From NCBI GenBank assembly GCA_965153455.1, contig OZ234493.1, forward strand, positions 17,970,213 through 18,034,212: a stretch of 64,000 nucleotides of DNA, in the 5' to 3' direction. Position 1 is the stretch's first letter, and every line of letters starts with the position of its first letter. The translations under genes were made by a program, and so were the position numbers. Of this stretch, positions 35,884 through 47,750 are shown piece by piece. The stretch comes from Sphagnum compactum. Taxonomy: Eukaryota. The notes under the pieces were generated by a model, which searched no databases, was not told where the DNA came from, and saw only the letters and a program-made list of their open reading frames with translations.

Positions 35884-36302
35884 TTTCGCTGATAATAACC
35901 CCAAGACGCATCAAAGAAATGTTAAATTTGAACTCAAAGACCTTGATTTAGTCTAAGGCCTGCTTTACACTCCAAGTCAGGCCTGAAAAAACTTGGGGCC
36001 AAGTTTGAGCATTTTGGAATTTTTTGTCTGGCCCCAAGATACTAATAAATGCTACAACATTGGTCATAAGGGTTGCAAATTGGCTTCTCAAATTTGATGG
36101 TATCCTTTTCTTCAGTCTTGGGGCCAATACCATAAAGTTCAGCATTTATTAGTAACTTGGGGCAGATTGAAAAGATTTTTTCTATTTCAGCCTTGACTCC
36201 TAGTGTAATTTAGCCCTTGGGTCTGATTTCCAGTTTTCACCAATAGGAATGCGTGATTTGGGTTGAACATCGGCCTCCACTCCTAGTCTACAGTGGGCCT
36301 AA

Positions 36303-36621
36303 GAGCAGCTCCACAGGTGCTGGTATACGGCCCTGGCCAGTAAATTTTTGCTCAGCACAATGGCTTTGGCCTGGACATTTTCCCTGCTAATACCAAGGCA
36401 GGCAAAAGGCTCAGCAAAGGACAATACCTGCTGTTGATTGTTGGATACACACTTAGACGGGTGGTTGGTCCAAGTGGGTTGCTAGTAGCTATTATTGGTT
36501 ACCGATCATTTCCGGTGTCAGTTTTAGTGTGGGTTTGGGGAAAAAAAAAAAAAAACTAAGCCTGGTTTTGGGAAATATTGTGTTCTATTGCCATATACTC
36601 AGAGCACCTGTGGAGCTGCTC
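36303..36621. mobile_element. Tourist-like (PIF/Harbinger) MITE
   Basis: Perfect 19-bp TIR GAGCAGCTCCACAGGTGCT / AGCACCTGTGGAGCTGCTC flanked by TAA on both sides (36300-36302, 36622-36624). Confidence 0.85.
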
Positions 36622-37095
36622 TAAAAGATGATTTTAGCTCCAACAAAAGGTGTTTTTGAATGTCAAGTGATTACACTAGATTTTTGATTGAATTCATTGG
36701 TCTAATGAATGGGGAGTAATGAACTGCACCCTCATTTTGTAATAATTAAAAACAAACACAAAGTGTTTTCGTAACTTAATACCAATATAGATGCTGGTTT
36801 GGCCAAGGCATAAATATACCAGGTACATATACTATGCTTGGTCCCATGGCCTTGCGATGAGTGGCCACAGCATGGGAGGGTGTGCCCTGTGAATAGTGAA
36901 ACAGGGGGTGTTCCACTACCCTCTTTTCCTGACTTTAGGAATAACTTTAATATCACAAGTTAGAGTGGGTGGTGCCATCCAAGTCAGGCATTCTCCCTGA
37001 AATAGGCCGGCCCTGGCTTTGGCCTGTGTGTGTTCTTTGGTGTAAGACCTTGCTCTGAGGGCGTTCTGATGTACAGCACTGGCAGAACATTAGTT

Positions 37096-37319
37096 GCAGG
37101 GGCATAACTGAAATAAGTACACCACCTCAGGAGGGTCCTTATTTCAGTAATGACCCGTTTATTGGGTGTTCACCCTACACATGAAGTACGAGCAGAAAAT
37201 TTCTAGTGTATCTGGAGGACACATTATTTGGCAGAATTCTCATTGGCAAGTGTGCATTTCAGTTTTTTTCCCCAGTCATAGCTGGTGGGTATGCTGCCAT
37301 ATGTGCTGAGTATCATAGG
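37096..37319 (+). repeat. Spacer element E, copy 2 (58-bp palindrome at 37099-37156)
   Basis: Same sequence and orientation as 33018-33240; forms the loop of inverted repeat B. Confidence 0.95.
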
Positions 37320-37853
37320 AAAAGAAATGAAAACTAATTTTCTGCCAGTGCTGTACATCAGAACGCCCTCAGAGCAAGGTCTTACCCCAAAGAACACACA
37401 GTGGCCAAAGCCAGGGCAGGCCTATTTCAGGGAGAATACCTCACTTGGATGGCATTACCCCACTCTAACTTGTGATATTAAAGTTATTCCTAAAGTCAGG
37501 AAAATATGGTACTGGAACACCCCCCCCTGTTTCACTATTCACAGGGGCACACTCTCCCATGCTGTGGCCACTCATCGCAAGGCCATGGGACCAAGCATAG
37601 TATCTGTACCTGTTATAATTATGCCTTGGCCAAACCAGCATCTATATTGGTACTAAGTTACAAAAACACTTTGTGTTTGTTTTTAATTATTACAAAATGT
37701 GGATGCAGTTCATTACTCCCCATTCATTAGACCAATGAAATTCATTATTTTTGAACTGGTCTGAATTTACTTAAACGAATGAATTCATTGAAAATCTAGT
37801 GAATTCACTTGACATTAAAAGGCACCTTTTGTGGTAGGTAAAATCATCTTTTA

Positions 37854-38180
37854 GAGCAGCTGCACAGGTGCTCTGAGTATATGGCAATGGAACACAATAT
37901 TTCCCAAAACCAGGATTAGTTTTTTTTTTCCTTTTCTTTTTCTCAACCGCACACTAAAACTGACACTCGAAATGATCGGTAACCAATAATAGCTACTAGC
38001 AACCCACTTGGACCAGCACCTCTCCAAGAGTCTCTCCAACAAAAATCAACAGCGGGTATTGTCCTTTGCTGAGCCTTTTGCCTGCCTTGGTATTATCGGG
38101 GAAAATGTCCAGGCCAAAGCCATTGTGCTGAGCAAAATTTACTGTCCATGGCCATACACCCAGCACCTGTGGAGCTGCTC
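37854..38180. mobile_element. Tourist-like MITE, mirror copy within inverted repeat B
   Basis: Same TIR with one mismatch, TTA flanks at 37851-37853 and 38181-38183; flanking context mirrors 36303-36621. Confidence 0.85.
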
Positions 38181-40489
38181 TTAGGCCCACTTTACACTAA
38201 AAGTGGAGGCCAATGTTCAACTCAAATCACACATTCCTATCGGTGCAAAAGTTGAAATCAGCCTGGAAGGCTAAATTACACTAGCAGTCAAGGCTGAAAT
38301 AGAAAACATCTTTTCAATCCGCCCCAAGTTATTGATAAATGCTGAACTTTATGGCCTTGTATTGGCCCCAAGGCTGAAGAAAAGGATACCATCGAATTTG
38401 GGAAGCCAATTTGCAACCCTTGTGGCCCATGTTGTAGCGTTTATTAGTAACTTGGGGCCAGACAAAAAGTCCAAAATGCTCAAACTTGGCCCCAAGTTTT
38501 TTCAGCCCTGACTCCGAGTGTAAAGCAGGCCTTAGACTACATCAAGGTCTCGGAGTTCAAATTTAACATTTCTTTGATGCGTCTTGGAGTTATTATCAGA
38601 GAAAGGCCTCATTCAAGAAGGTGAGTATATTAATGTAGGTGCACATGTCTGAACCAATTGATTTCCCCTCCAAAACAGGTCCCATATTAGCCTCAATTTG
38701 CCACTTTTTGGTCTTGGACCCTCCTCTAAAGGCCTTGGAACCAATTTAAAGCTTTTGACCAATAAGATTGCTTGAATTCATTGGTCCCTGGACCTCGGAC
38801 CCTCGTCTAAAGTCGCCCTTAGTTTCACAACATGTTTTTTCATAATTTATTCAGAGTGCACACATATATACCTCTGTACCACTGTTTTCTTTTTCTTTTT
38901 CTTTTTTTCTCAATTTTGTAGTTTGTAAACTTTGTCCATTTTTTCCATTTTTTGAGAATTTTTTTCTTGAATTCACACTATTGAAACGAATTTTCCCAAT
39001 TTCTTCAAAAACATTTTGTAGCCACAGTGCGAAAATTCACCAAGAAAAATCACTGCTCTGTACAGAATTTCTTTTGTTTTTCCACTCCGGATTTATTTGC
39101 TATGACCGTCCATGTAATTTTTCCTTCTCCCCCCAGGCTCCTCCAATCATAGCCACTGGCCAGGGTGAACCAGCACCTACACTAGTACACTCACCTTCTT
39201 GAGTGAGGCCCCTTGGGTTTAGGGTTTAGGTGTAGGATTTCAGGTTGTAGATTCAGAGACCCTGATTTTGTCTAAGGACGCTACATGTATCTATAATGTT
39301 TTGAAGCTGCCCCCGAAAACTTTGGGATTTTCACAAAATGGTTCTAATATAGGCCAGGTTCACCTGACCAAGGCAAATTGACCCCCTAAAGCCCATTTAA
39401 ATTGCTCATAAATATTCTAAATATTTATAAATATCATTTCCCTAACCTAAATCGGGGTCGGAAGGTCCAAATCTATAATTTTTGGGGCCTAATATGGCCA
39501 TTTGAATGGGTGTTGGGGGCTTTTGCGGTGATCCCAATGTGGGGGTCAATTCACCCTGGCCGGTTCGCCCAAGGCCCAATTAATCATGCACTGCCTGCAA
39601 CATGAGCTCTGGGAGAACGTTTCAATAATGCACTGGGTGAAATCAGCAAACAGCAGGAAACGCGTGGATCAATAAATTTTTGGGTCAGATTTGAGAAATA
39701 GCCCAAGTGGCTATCATCGGTAAGAAGATTTAGTCAGATTTGGCTATGAGCTAAATATGGCATTAGAAAATTTTAAACATCTTTCTCTTTTTTTGGCTAC
39801 CTACTTGAAAACCATGTATGGAAATCTGACGATTTTTCTTTGAATGTGGTGGAATTTTGGCTATTGAGATTCTCAAAACGCATCTAATTTTAGCATTTAA
39901 AATTTTTTTGACTTAGTTTTTTCTTGGCTATAGTTTTTTTGTAAAAGAGAGGTCAGTGTGTGGATGTGAACAAAAGTCATGATGATAATAACGGAGGAGG
40001 CCAGAGGGCAAAAGTAAAGCGTATTTCACAAGTCTCAAGGTGACATTGCATATTCCATCCTCAATTATGAGTAGAAAATAGAGACATGTGTTCCAGAAAA
40101 GAAAGTAATGAATTGTTCAATGGCCAAGAAATCGGTAAAGCGCGTATGCTACAGTCTGAAGAGTCGCGGCAAAACCCTTCTAGAAGTTTCTGGGGGCGGA
40201 GGACGTGAAGAAGAAGAAGCATTTATGAGAAAAGTCGAGAAAGGAGTAAGAGAAGAGAGTGGGAATTCCAGGGAGATCGTGAAGAGCAAAGGGGTTGATG
40301 TTTTTTTGGGGAGAGCTAGTGGAAAGATCAGCTTAGTCTGCGGGAATCTGTGATGTGAGGGACACCCATCATACCCTCTGTATGCTATTGGGATGGCAAA
40401 GGATTTGTAGCACGTTTTATGAGACCAAAAGGTCAAGAGAAAAATATTTCTGAGAGGAGTGAGCAATAGGAATTTCAGTGGTGCGAAAT

Positions 40490-43400
40490 ATGGGAAATTC
40501 ATATGGCCTCAAGCGAAAAGGAGTTGATCTTTCACAAGGGCGACCAAAAAGAAAGAGAGATGCTGTGCTGAACACTGCTGTGATCGAGACACCGTTGGTC
40601 CCAGCTGAAAATGCTCCTTCAAGCTCTGGATGGCACAGCAATGTGGTGCTTCTTGATCTTATCCTGAGCTTTCTTTCCACAGTTTTTTCTTGGGCTTTCC
40701 CTAGTTACATGTTGAAGTTTGATTTTTCTTTACTTTTTCTATTTTGTTTGGGTGTTGACAATTTTCTTCACCCTTACAACCATGATAGCTTATTGTCCTC
40801 ACAAAGCATCAGGAGAAGGAGGTCTAGTTCAGATTTGAACTCCCCACCAGCGGCTTCACAACCATACCCTTTAGCCACTAGGGTACATGAATGTCCTCAA
40901 TCATTTACAAGCTTCCTTGTCATACATTTTCAGTTTGCCTACTTTCCAGTTTGTTTGTCTAGATAAAAAGAATAGGAAATGAAGTCATCATTATAGCCTC
41001 TTACATTAGGCTGGCAACTCAGTTGCTATATAACAAGTAGAATTGGTGAAAGGGAAATTTGTCAATTGGCATTGACTAAGAATACATTGAACTTGTAAGG
41101 ATTGGAGCTTTCATTATAGATTATGAGTTAAGTTCAATGTGTAGTCTTAATCCACCAACCTAAAGCAAATTATTAAAATGCTCTTGGACATTCTTATTGG
41201 GTTTGTGTCTCATTTCCTTAGGAGTTGGAGGCCTTAGTGGCGCAAATGTTGGGGAAAATGTCATGAAATACAAACAAACCAAACTAGATGGTTGAGTCAA
41301 TCGACCCAAACTTGAAAGAATCCAATTCTTAGCATTAACCTTTATTGATTGGCATACATTCCTCTTACAATGTAACAATATTTACTCATTGAACTATGTT
41401 TTGAAACTTTGAGGTCTTTGACACTTGTGAATGATCTTCATTTGTTAGTCATGCAAGATAGATTTGGTATTCTCCCATTCATCTATTATTGTCTTCTTGT
41501 TAAACTTGATCTTTTCAATTACTTATTGCCTTTATCTAACCACTATAATTTGTATATTGCATTTTTTTAATTTAATGTATAGTCAAATAATTTTCAAGAG
41601 ATGTTTGAAGAATTGTGTTGACTCTTTTTCATTTGTTTTGCAGAAATATTTAGTGTATGATTTAAATCCCACTTGCAATTCCAACAATCCAAACTTGACC
41701 ATCGTTTTTTTCCATGGGATTGCTTTTGGCACAAATGATGAATGGAAGGAAACATGGACAACATGCCCCACCAACAATAGAGAAGAGTGCATATGTTGGC
41801 CAGAAAAGTGGCTACCCGAAGATTTGAACAACAATGTTCGAATTTTATCATTGTCCTATGATTCTAACATTGTGGCAAGTGTTCACACTGATGTGACTGA
41901 AATTGGCAAAAACCTCATTCAAAGTTTGGTTACAAATTCAAGGTGTGACAATCTCTTCTCTTTATGGACACATTAATTACTTTTCCTTGTGTACATTAAA
42001 GATAATTGTGTAGAGCTTTAGAATTTTTTAAATCTTTTGCACAAGTTAATTGTTCAAGCGTGCTAATATTGTGATACACACCAATAAGTTTCCATTTATT
42101 TGAAGTGATAGATTGAGGTAAAAAAACATAAAATGGGGCTTAAATGCAAATGTTCTTGTTTGTGGATAATAGCAAAATCTATGTTCGTATTATAAGTTCA
42201 TGGTACAACTAGTTTGGTTTTGATGGCAATTTTTAATTCGCGTTTTTTGAAGGTTTATCCTTGGTACTGCAATTGAATTGAATTATATTATATTAATACA
42301 TGTGTCGAAAATTTGCATCCATTTCATTGTAAAAAAATTATTTCAAGAAAAGGGCATATCTTTTTCTCTTTTTTTTATTAAATTTCAACGGTATTTTCAA
42401 GGTAACACATCGAAGATGAGTTGTACATTAATAGAATAATGTAAACACCTAAATACTTGTACATAATAATTGTTTTACCAAAACATGGTTGTCACATTTT
42501 TTAGGTAGATTGATGGAGTCAATAAATGATAAATGATAGATGACAAGCAAATCAATTATGAACTTATGGCCTAGGTCATGTGTGAATTAGAAAATTGCCC
42601 CAAGTATAATAAGATAAATTTGTACATGCTAATATAATGTTGATAATGGAATTCTGGTGCATTGTTGAATATTTTGTAGTTATCAATCCCTGTGGGATGG
42701 ACCGGTGGCATTAGTTGCTTACAGCTTTGGAGGTCTTGTACTCAAAAGCTTGGTGGTTGAAGCTCACAAACATGTAAATCAAAGGCCAAGAAATGATTTG
42801 GATGATGAAATACAGAAATGTTGTAATACATTTTTGAATAATGTTAAAGGTGTAATATTTTATGGTGTACCACATGCTGGTGGTACCCAGTATTTATCAA
42901 ATTATTTCACTTGGCAACATCAACAAATCAACACATTGAGCAAGCATGCAACCCAATCTGGTTTTTAAAAAAAATTAGAATCTTTCAACCCACAAATGGA
43001 ACACCTTTCAACGGATTTTAAAAATGCCGTTCATGAAGACCTCAACATTTATGCATTTGGCGAAGGATTGCCACTCGATGAAAATTGGGTAAGATTTTCA
43101 TTTCACCACATCGAAAATTATCCAACTAGGTTCATTGGTTGAACATTTTTGTATTGTCAAAACTTGTGTGAAATCATGTACTCAATACTTTTAAATATAT
43201 TAATGGGGTGAATGGGTCATCTGTTTTATGAACTTTGTTTCATGAATTACTATTGTTGGAAAGGAAATTTGATTGATTTCAAATAGGAGAAAATTTCTTT
43301 TAAATTTTCCTTTTGTCAAATTAATTCCATATAAATATTTGGGAGGAAAATCATAACATCATTAAAAAATGTAAGATTAATGAAATTAAAAACAAATAAC

Positions 43401-46400
43401 TTTGTGATGTATTTGTATAATTTGTTTCCCAAGGGTGGAGGAAATTACTTTAACACCAAATATTTCATTCTTATTCAAACATCAATAGTTATTAAGCCAG
43501 AGTTTCCACCGCCATTTGAAATTAGTTTGTTACTTATAAATTCAAGCACAAGTGAACAAAAAAATCAATGGGCTCCATTAATTTAATCTTTTGCACATGC
43601 AGGGAATTTTAGTGCCATTTGCCTCAGCTATTCAGTTGTCAAACAACAACCATTACAAAATTGAGGATGCTAATCACTTGACAATTTGCAAGCCACCAAA
43701 CAAAGATCATCCAAGTTATTATTTATTGTTAAAATGTTTGAGAATATGTATGGAGGTAAAAACATCAAATCTAAATCTTTTGATTTCATATATGTTCATG
43801 TAATTTGATACACATTAGGTCATAGCACTCTTGATGTGTATTGCATATGCAATGTCATATATATTGGTTATCAAATAAAAAAGATAACATATAAATGACC
43901 TATATTTTGTGAATTTTGACAGAAAAATATATTGTTTCCACCTTTGCCATGTCATGAAGTGGCGTTGATTGACAAAACAAAAGACATAAACATCTTGTTA
44001 CAAAAGGAATCTATTGTTGGTTTGGTTGGAATGGGTGGGATTGGGAAAACCACTTTGTGCAAAAAATTCTATCATTTGTTCCACGACCAATATGACAAAT
44101 CTAGTTTTTTGGAGGATGTGAAATCAAAGGACAATTTCAATGATGTCATAAAACAACTCCTACATGATTTGTGTGGCAAAAGGTTATGCAAGGATGAAAA
44201 TGTGAATCAAAAAGACCTTGACCAAATTAGGCAATGTATGATATCAAAGAAAGTGTTGGTGGTGGTGGATAATGTTGGTAAGGAGGAGAACCTTACATCT
44301 TTGCCAATTTTCATTGATAAGGCTGCAAAGAATCCAACTTCTAAAAGCAGAGTACTTGTGAATTGTCGAAATTGGCAAAGTTTGGAATCTCATGTAAGCG
44401 AGGATGGAAAAGTGATCATGAAACCTTTGGAGAAAAAGCAAGCAAGGGAACTATTTATGTTCCATGCGTTGGGTAATGGAAATCATGTTCTAACAGAAGA
44501 TTTCAACAATATATGTATGAAGATTATAAAAGCTTGTGGGGGGCTCCCTTTAAGTCTTAAAGTATTGGGTTCTTTTTTGTGCAATACTAAAGAATTAGAA
44601 ATGTGGCGAGGTGCATTGAATAAATTGAAAAGTGGGCAAAGTCTCACTGGGGGCAATGATAATGAAAAGCTTTGGAGTGTATTAAGGATTTCTTATGACC
44701 ATTTGGATAAGCAACTTCAAGACATGTTTTTGGATATTGCTTGTTTTTTCAGTGGTTTGAAAATAAGTACAATTTGTCGAGCTTGGAGTGGAGATTATTT
44801 ACACCCAAAATTTGAATTACAAAATTTACAACATAGATCTTTAATCCAACGGGCAAAAGGTAGAATCTTGTACATACATGAGCAATTACAAGACATGGGT
44901 CAAAATATTGCAATGGAACTTCCAATGATGAATCGTTTTATATGGAAATCAAATAAGCCAAATTTATTTTTACAAAAGGATGAGGTTGTCACCATATTAT
45001 TTCAATCCTATAATTTTATTTTGATTTCCCATGAATTTTTTTTAGGTCCAAAATCAAATGTTTTACCTTTCAATCTTGATTTTATAAATACACGTTTTTT
45101 AAAAAACACATTGGCATTAGGATGAAATGTTTTTCTATATTGATAATCCTTTTGTTTTCATTTCATGTGATAGGTGGTGGAAAATCTAGAAGGCATTTCA
45201 TTGAAAAAATGTGTCAATTTGCCTACATTGTCCCAAATTGGCTCAAAGGGATTTCAGAACCTTAGGTTGGTTGACCTAACAGAAGCCTCACCGACTATTG
45301 TGAAAATTTTCATCCAAGGGCGAAATTTGAATAATGTTAAGTGGTTGTGCATCAAAAAATGCATGATTCGAAGGTTACCAAACAATTTGTTTTATTGTAT
45401 ACAATTAAAAGTACTTGATTTGACACAATGCGTAAGTTTGGAAAAAATACCTCCATCTATTGGCCGATTGAACGCACTACAAGAACTTGACTTGAAGGGG
45501 TGTTCGAGGTTGGAAGAACTACCTTCATCTATTGGCCAATTGAATGCACTCCAAAAGTTTGATTTATCAGGGTGTTCCAAGTTGAAAGAACTACCTTTAT
45601 CTATTGGCCAATTGAATTCACTCCAAAAGTTTGATTTATCAGGGTGTTTCAACTTGAAAGAACTACCTTCATCTATTGGTCAATTGAATGCACTCCAAAA
45701 GTTTTATTTATCAAAATGTTCCAAGTTGGAAGAACTACCTTCATCTATTGGCCAATTGAATGCACTCCAAAAGTTTGATTTATCAGGGTGTTCCAAGTTG
45801 AAAGAACTACCTTTATCTATTGGCCAATTGAATTCACTCCAAAAGTTTCATTTATCAGGGTGTTCCAAGTTGAAAGAACTACCTTTATCTATTGGCCAAT
45901 TGAATTCACTCCAAAAGTTTGATTTATCAGGGTGTTCCAAGTTGAAAGAACTACCTTTATCTATTGGCCAATTGAATTCACTCCAAAAGTTTGATTTATC
46001 AGGGTGTTTCAACTTGAAAGAACTACCTTCATCTATTGGTCAATTGAATGCACTCCAAAAGTTTTATTTATCAGAATGTTCCAAGTTGGAAGAACTACCT
46101 TCATCTATTGGCCAATTGAATGCACTCCAAGTGCTTGATTTGAATGAATGTTTCAACTTGAAAGAACTACCTTCTTCTATTGGGCAATTGAATGCATTCC
46201 AAGGGCTTGATTTATCACAGTGTTCCAAGTTGAAGGAACTACCTTCGTCTATTGGCCAATTCAGTGCACTCCAAGAGCTTAGTTTATCAGGGTGTTCCAA
46301 CTTGAAAGAACTACCTTCATCTATTGGCCAATTGAATGCACTCCAATACCTTATTTTATCAAGGTGTTCCAATTTAAAAGAACTACCTTCATCTATTGGC

Positions 46401-47750
46401 CAATTGAATGCACTTCAATACCTTAGTTTATCACAATGTTCCAGGTTGGAGGAACTACCTTCATCTATTGGCCAATTGAATGCACTCCAATACCTTAATT
46501 TATCAGAGTGTTCCAAGTTGGAAGAATTACCTTCGTCTATTGGCCAATTCAGTGCACTCCAAGAGCTTAATTTATCAGGGTGTTCCAACTTGAAAGAACT
46601 ACCTTCATCTATTAGCCAATTGAATGCGCTCGAAAGTCTTGATTTATTCAAGTGTTCCAACTTGAAAAAATTACCTTCATCTATTGGCCAATTGAGTGCA
46701 CTCGAAAGTCTTAATTTATTCAAGTGTTCCAACTTGAAAGAAGTACCTTCATCTATTGGCCAATTGAATGCACTCCAAAAGCTTGATTTATCACGGTGTT
46801 CCAACTTGAAAAAACTACCTTCATCTATTAGCCAATTGAATGCACTCGAAGAGCTTGGTTTGAGTGAGTGTTCCAACTTGAAAGAACTACTTTCATTTAT
46901 TTGCGAATTGAATGCACTCGAGGGGCTTCATTTGAGTGGGTGTTCCAGCCTGAAAGAACTATTTTCATCTATTGGCCAATTGAAAGCACTCCAAAAGTTT
47001 TCTTTATACGAGTGTTCCAACTTGAAAGAACTACCTTCATCTATTGGCCAATTGAATGCACTCCAAGAGCTTTATTTATCAGGGTGTTCCAACTTGAAAG
47101 AACTACCTTCATCTCTTGGCCAATTGAATGCACTCCAAAGGCTTGAATTGAAAGAGTGTTTCGAATTGAAAAAACTACCTTCATCTATTGTTCAATTGAA
47201 TGCACTCCGAGAGCTTTATTTATTTGAGTGTTCTAACTTGAAAGAATTACCTTCATCTATTGGCCAATTGAATGCACTTCGAGGGTTTATTTTGATTGGG
47301 TGTTCTAACTTGAAAGAATTACCTTCGTCTATTGGTCAATTGAATGCACTCGAAAGGCTTAATTTGACGGGGTGTTCAAACTTAAAAGAACTACCTTCAT
47401 CTATTGGCCAATTGAATGCACTTGAAATGTTTCATTTATCAAGGTGTTCCAACTTGAAAGAATTACCTTCGTCTATTGGCCAATTGAATGCACTCCAAAG
47501 TCTTTATTTGATTGCGTGCTCGAACTTAAAAGAACTACCTTCATCTATTGGTCAATTGAATGCACTCCAAGAGCTTGATTTAAATGGGTGTTCCAAGTTG
47601 AAAGAACTACCTTCATCTATTGGCCAATTGAATGCACTCCAAAGGCTTTTTTTAAATGGGTGTTCGAACTTAAAAGAACTACCTTCATCTATTGGTCGAT
47701 TGAATCCACTCCAAGAGCTTTATTTATCATGGTGTTCCAACTTGAAATAA
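40490..47750 (+). CDS. Alpha/beta-hydrolase-NB-ARC-LRR (HNL-type) NLR immune receptor; one in-frame stop at 42966-42968, so a probable pseudogene or defective allele
   Basis: Tentative 5' exon(s) from ATG 40490 to about 40882. Firm exons 41644-41942, 42680-43088 and 43603-43755 (hydrolase: VFFHG, CWPEKWLPEDL, VAYSFGGL nucleophile elbow, FYGVPHAG, DANHLTICKP), 43923-44984 (NB-ARC: GMGGIGKTT, VLVVVDNV, CGGLPLSL, FLDIACFF, IHEQL) and 45174-47750 (LRR). GT-AG phases are consistent. Confidence 0.9.
45430..47750 (+). repeat. In-frame 72-bp (24-aa) LRR tandem array, about 32 units
   Basis: CSxLKELPSSIGQLNALQxLxLxx repeated; variation is concentrated in the xxLxLxx positions. Confidence 0.97.

Larger units (their letters stand above)
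33948..40534. repeat. Inverted repeat B: ~3.1-kb arms 33948-37095 and 37332-40534 (NLR upstream region plus start of exon 1)
   Basis: Continuous reverse-complement match; mirrored ORFs 34940-35161(-)/38981-39202(+) and 36732-36956(-)/37506-37730(+). 40065-40391 is missing from the left arm and about 35471-35845 is missing from the right arm. Confidence 0.97.

Noticed and set aside
39217-39230. TTTAGGG telomere-like repeats (mirror near 34914-34927)
   Set aside because: Only about two units; common telo-box-level motif, not evidence of a chromosome-end fusion.
33599-39605. Paired identical-looking ORFs (MSHKSYG.., MKRIFP.., ..GHTLPCCGHSSQGHG..) as a gene family
   Set aside because: By-products of the inverted duplications; non-coding or antisense.
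45392-46876. Repetitive - strand ORFs (NWPIDEGSS..)
   Set aside because: Antisense reading of the LRR array.
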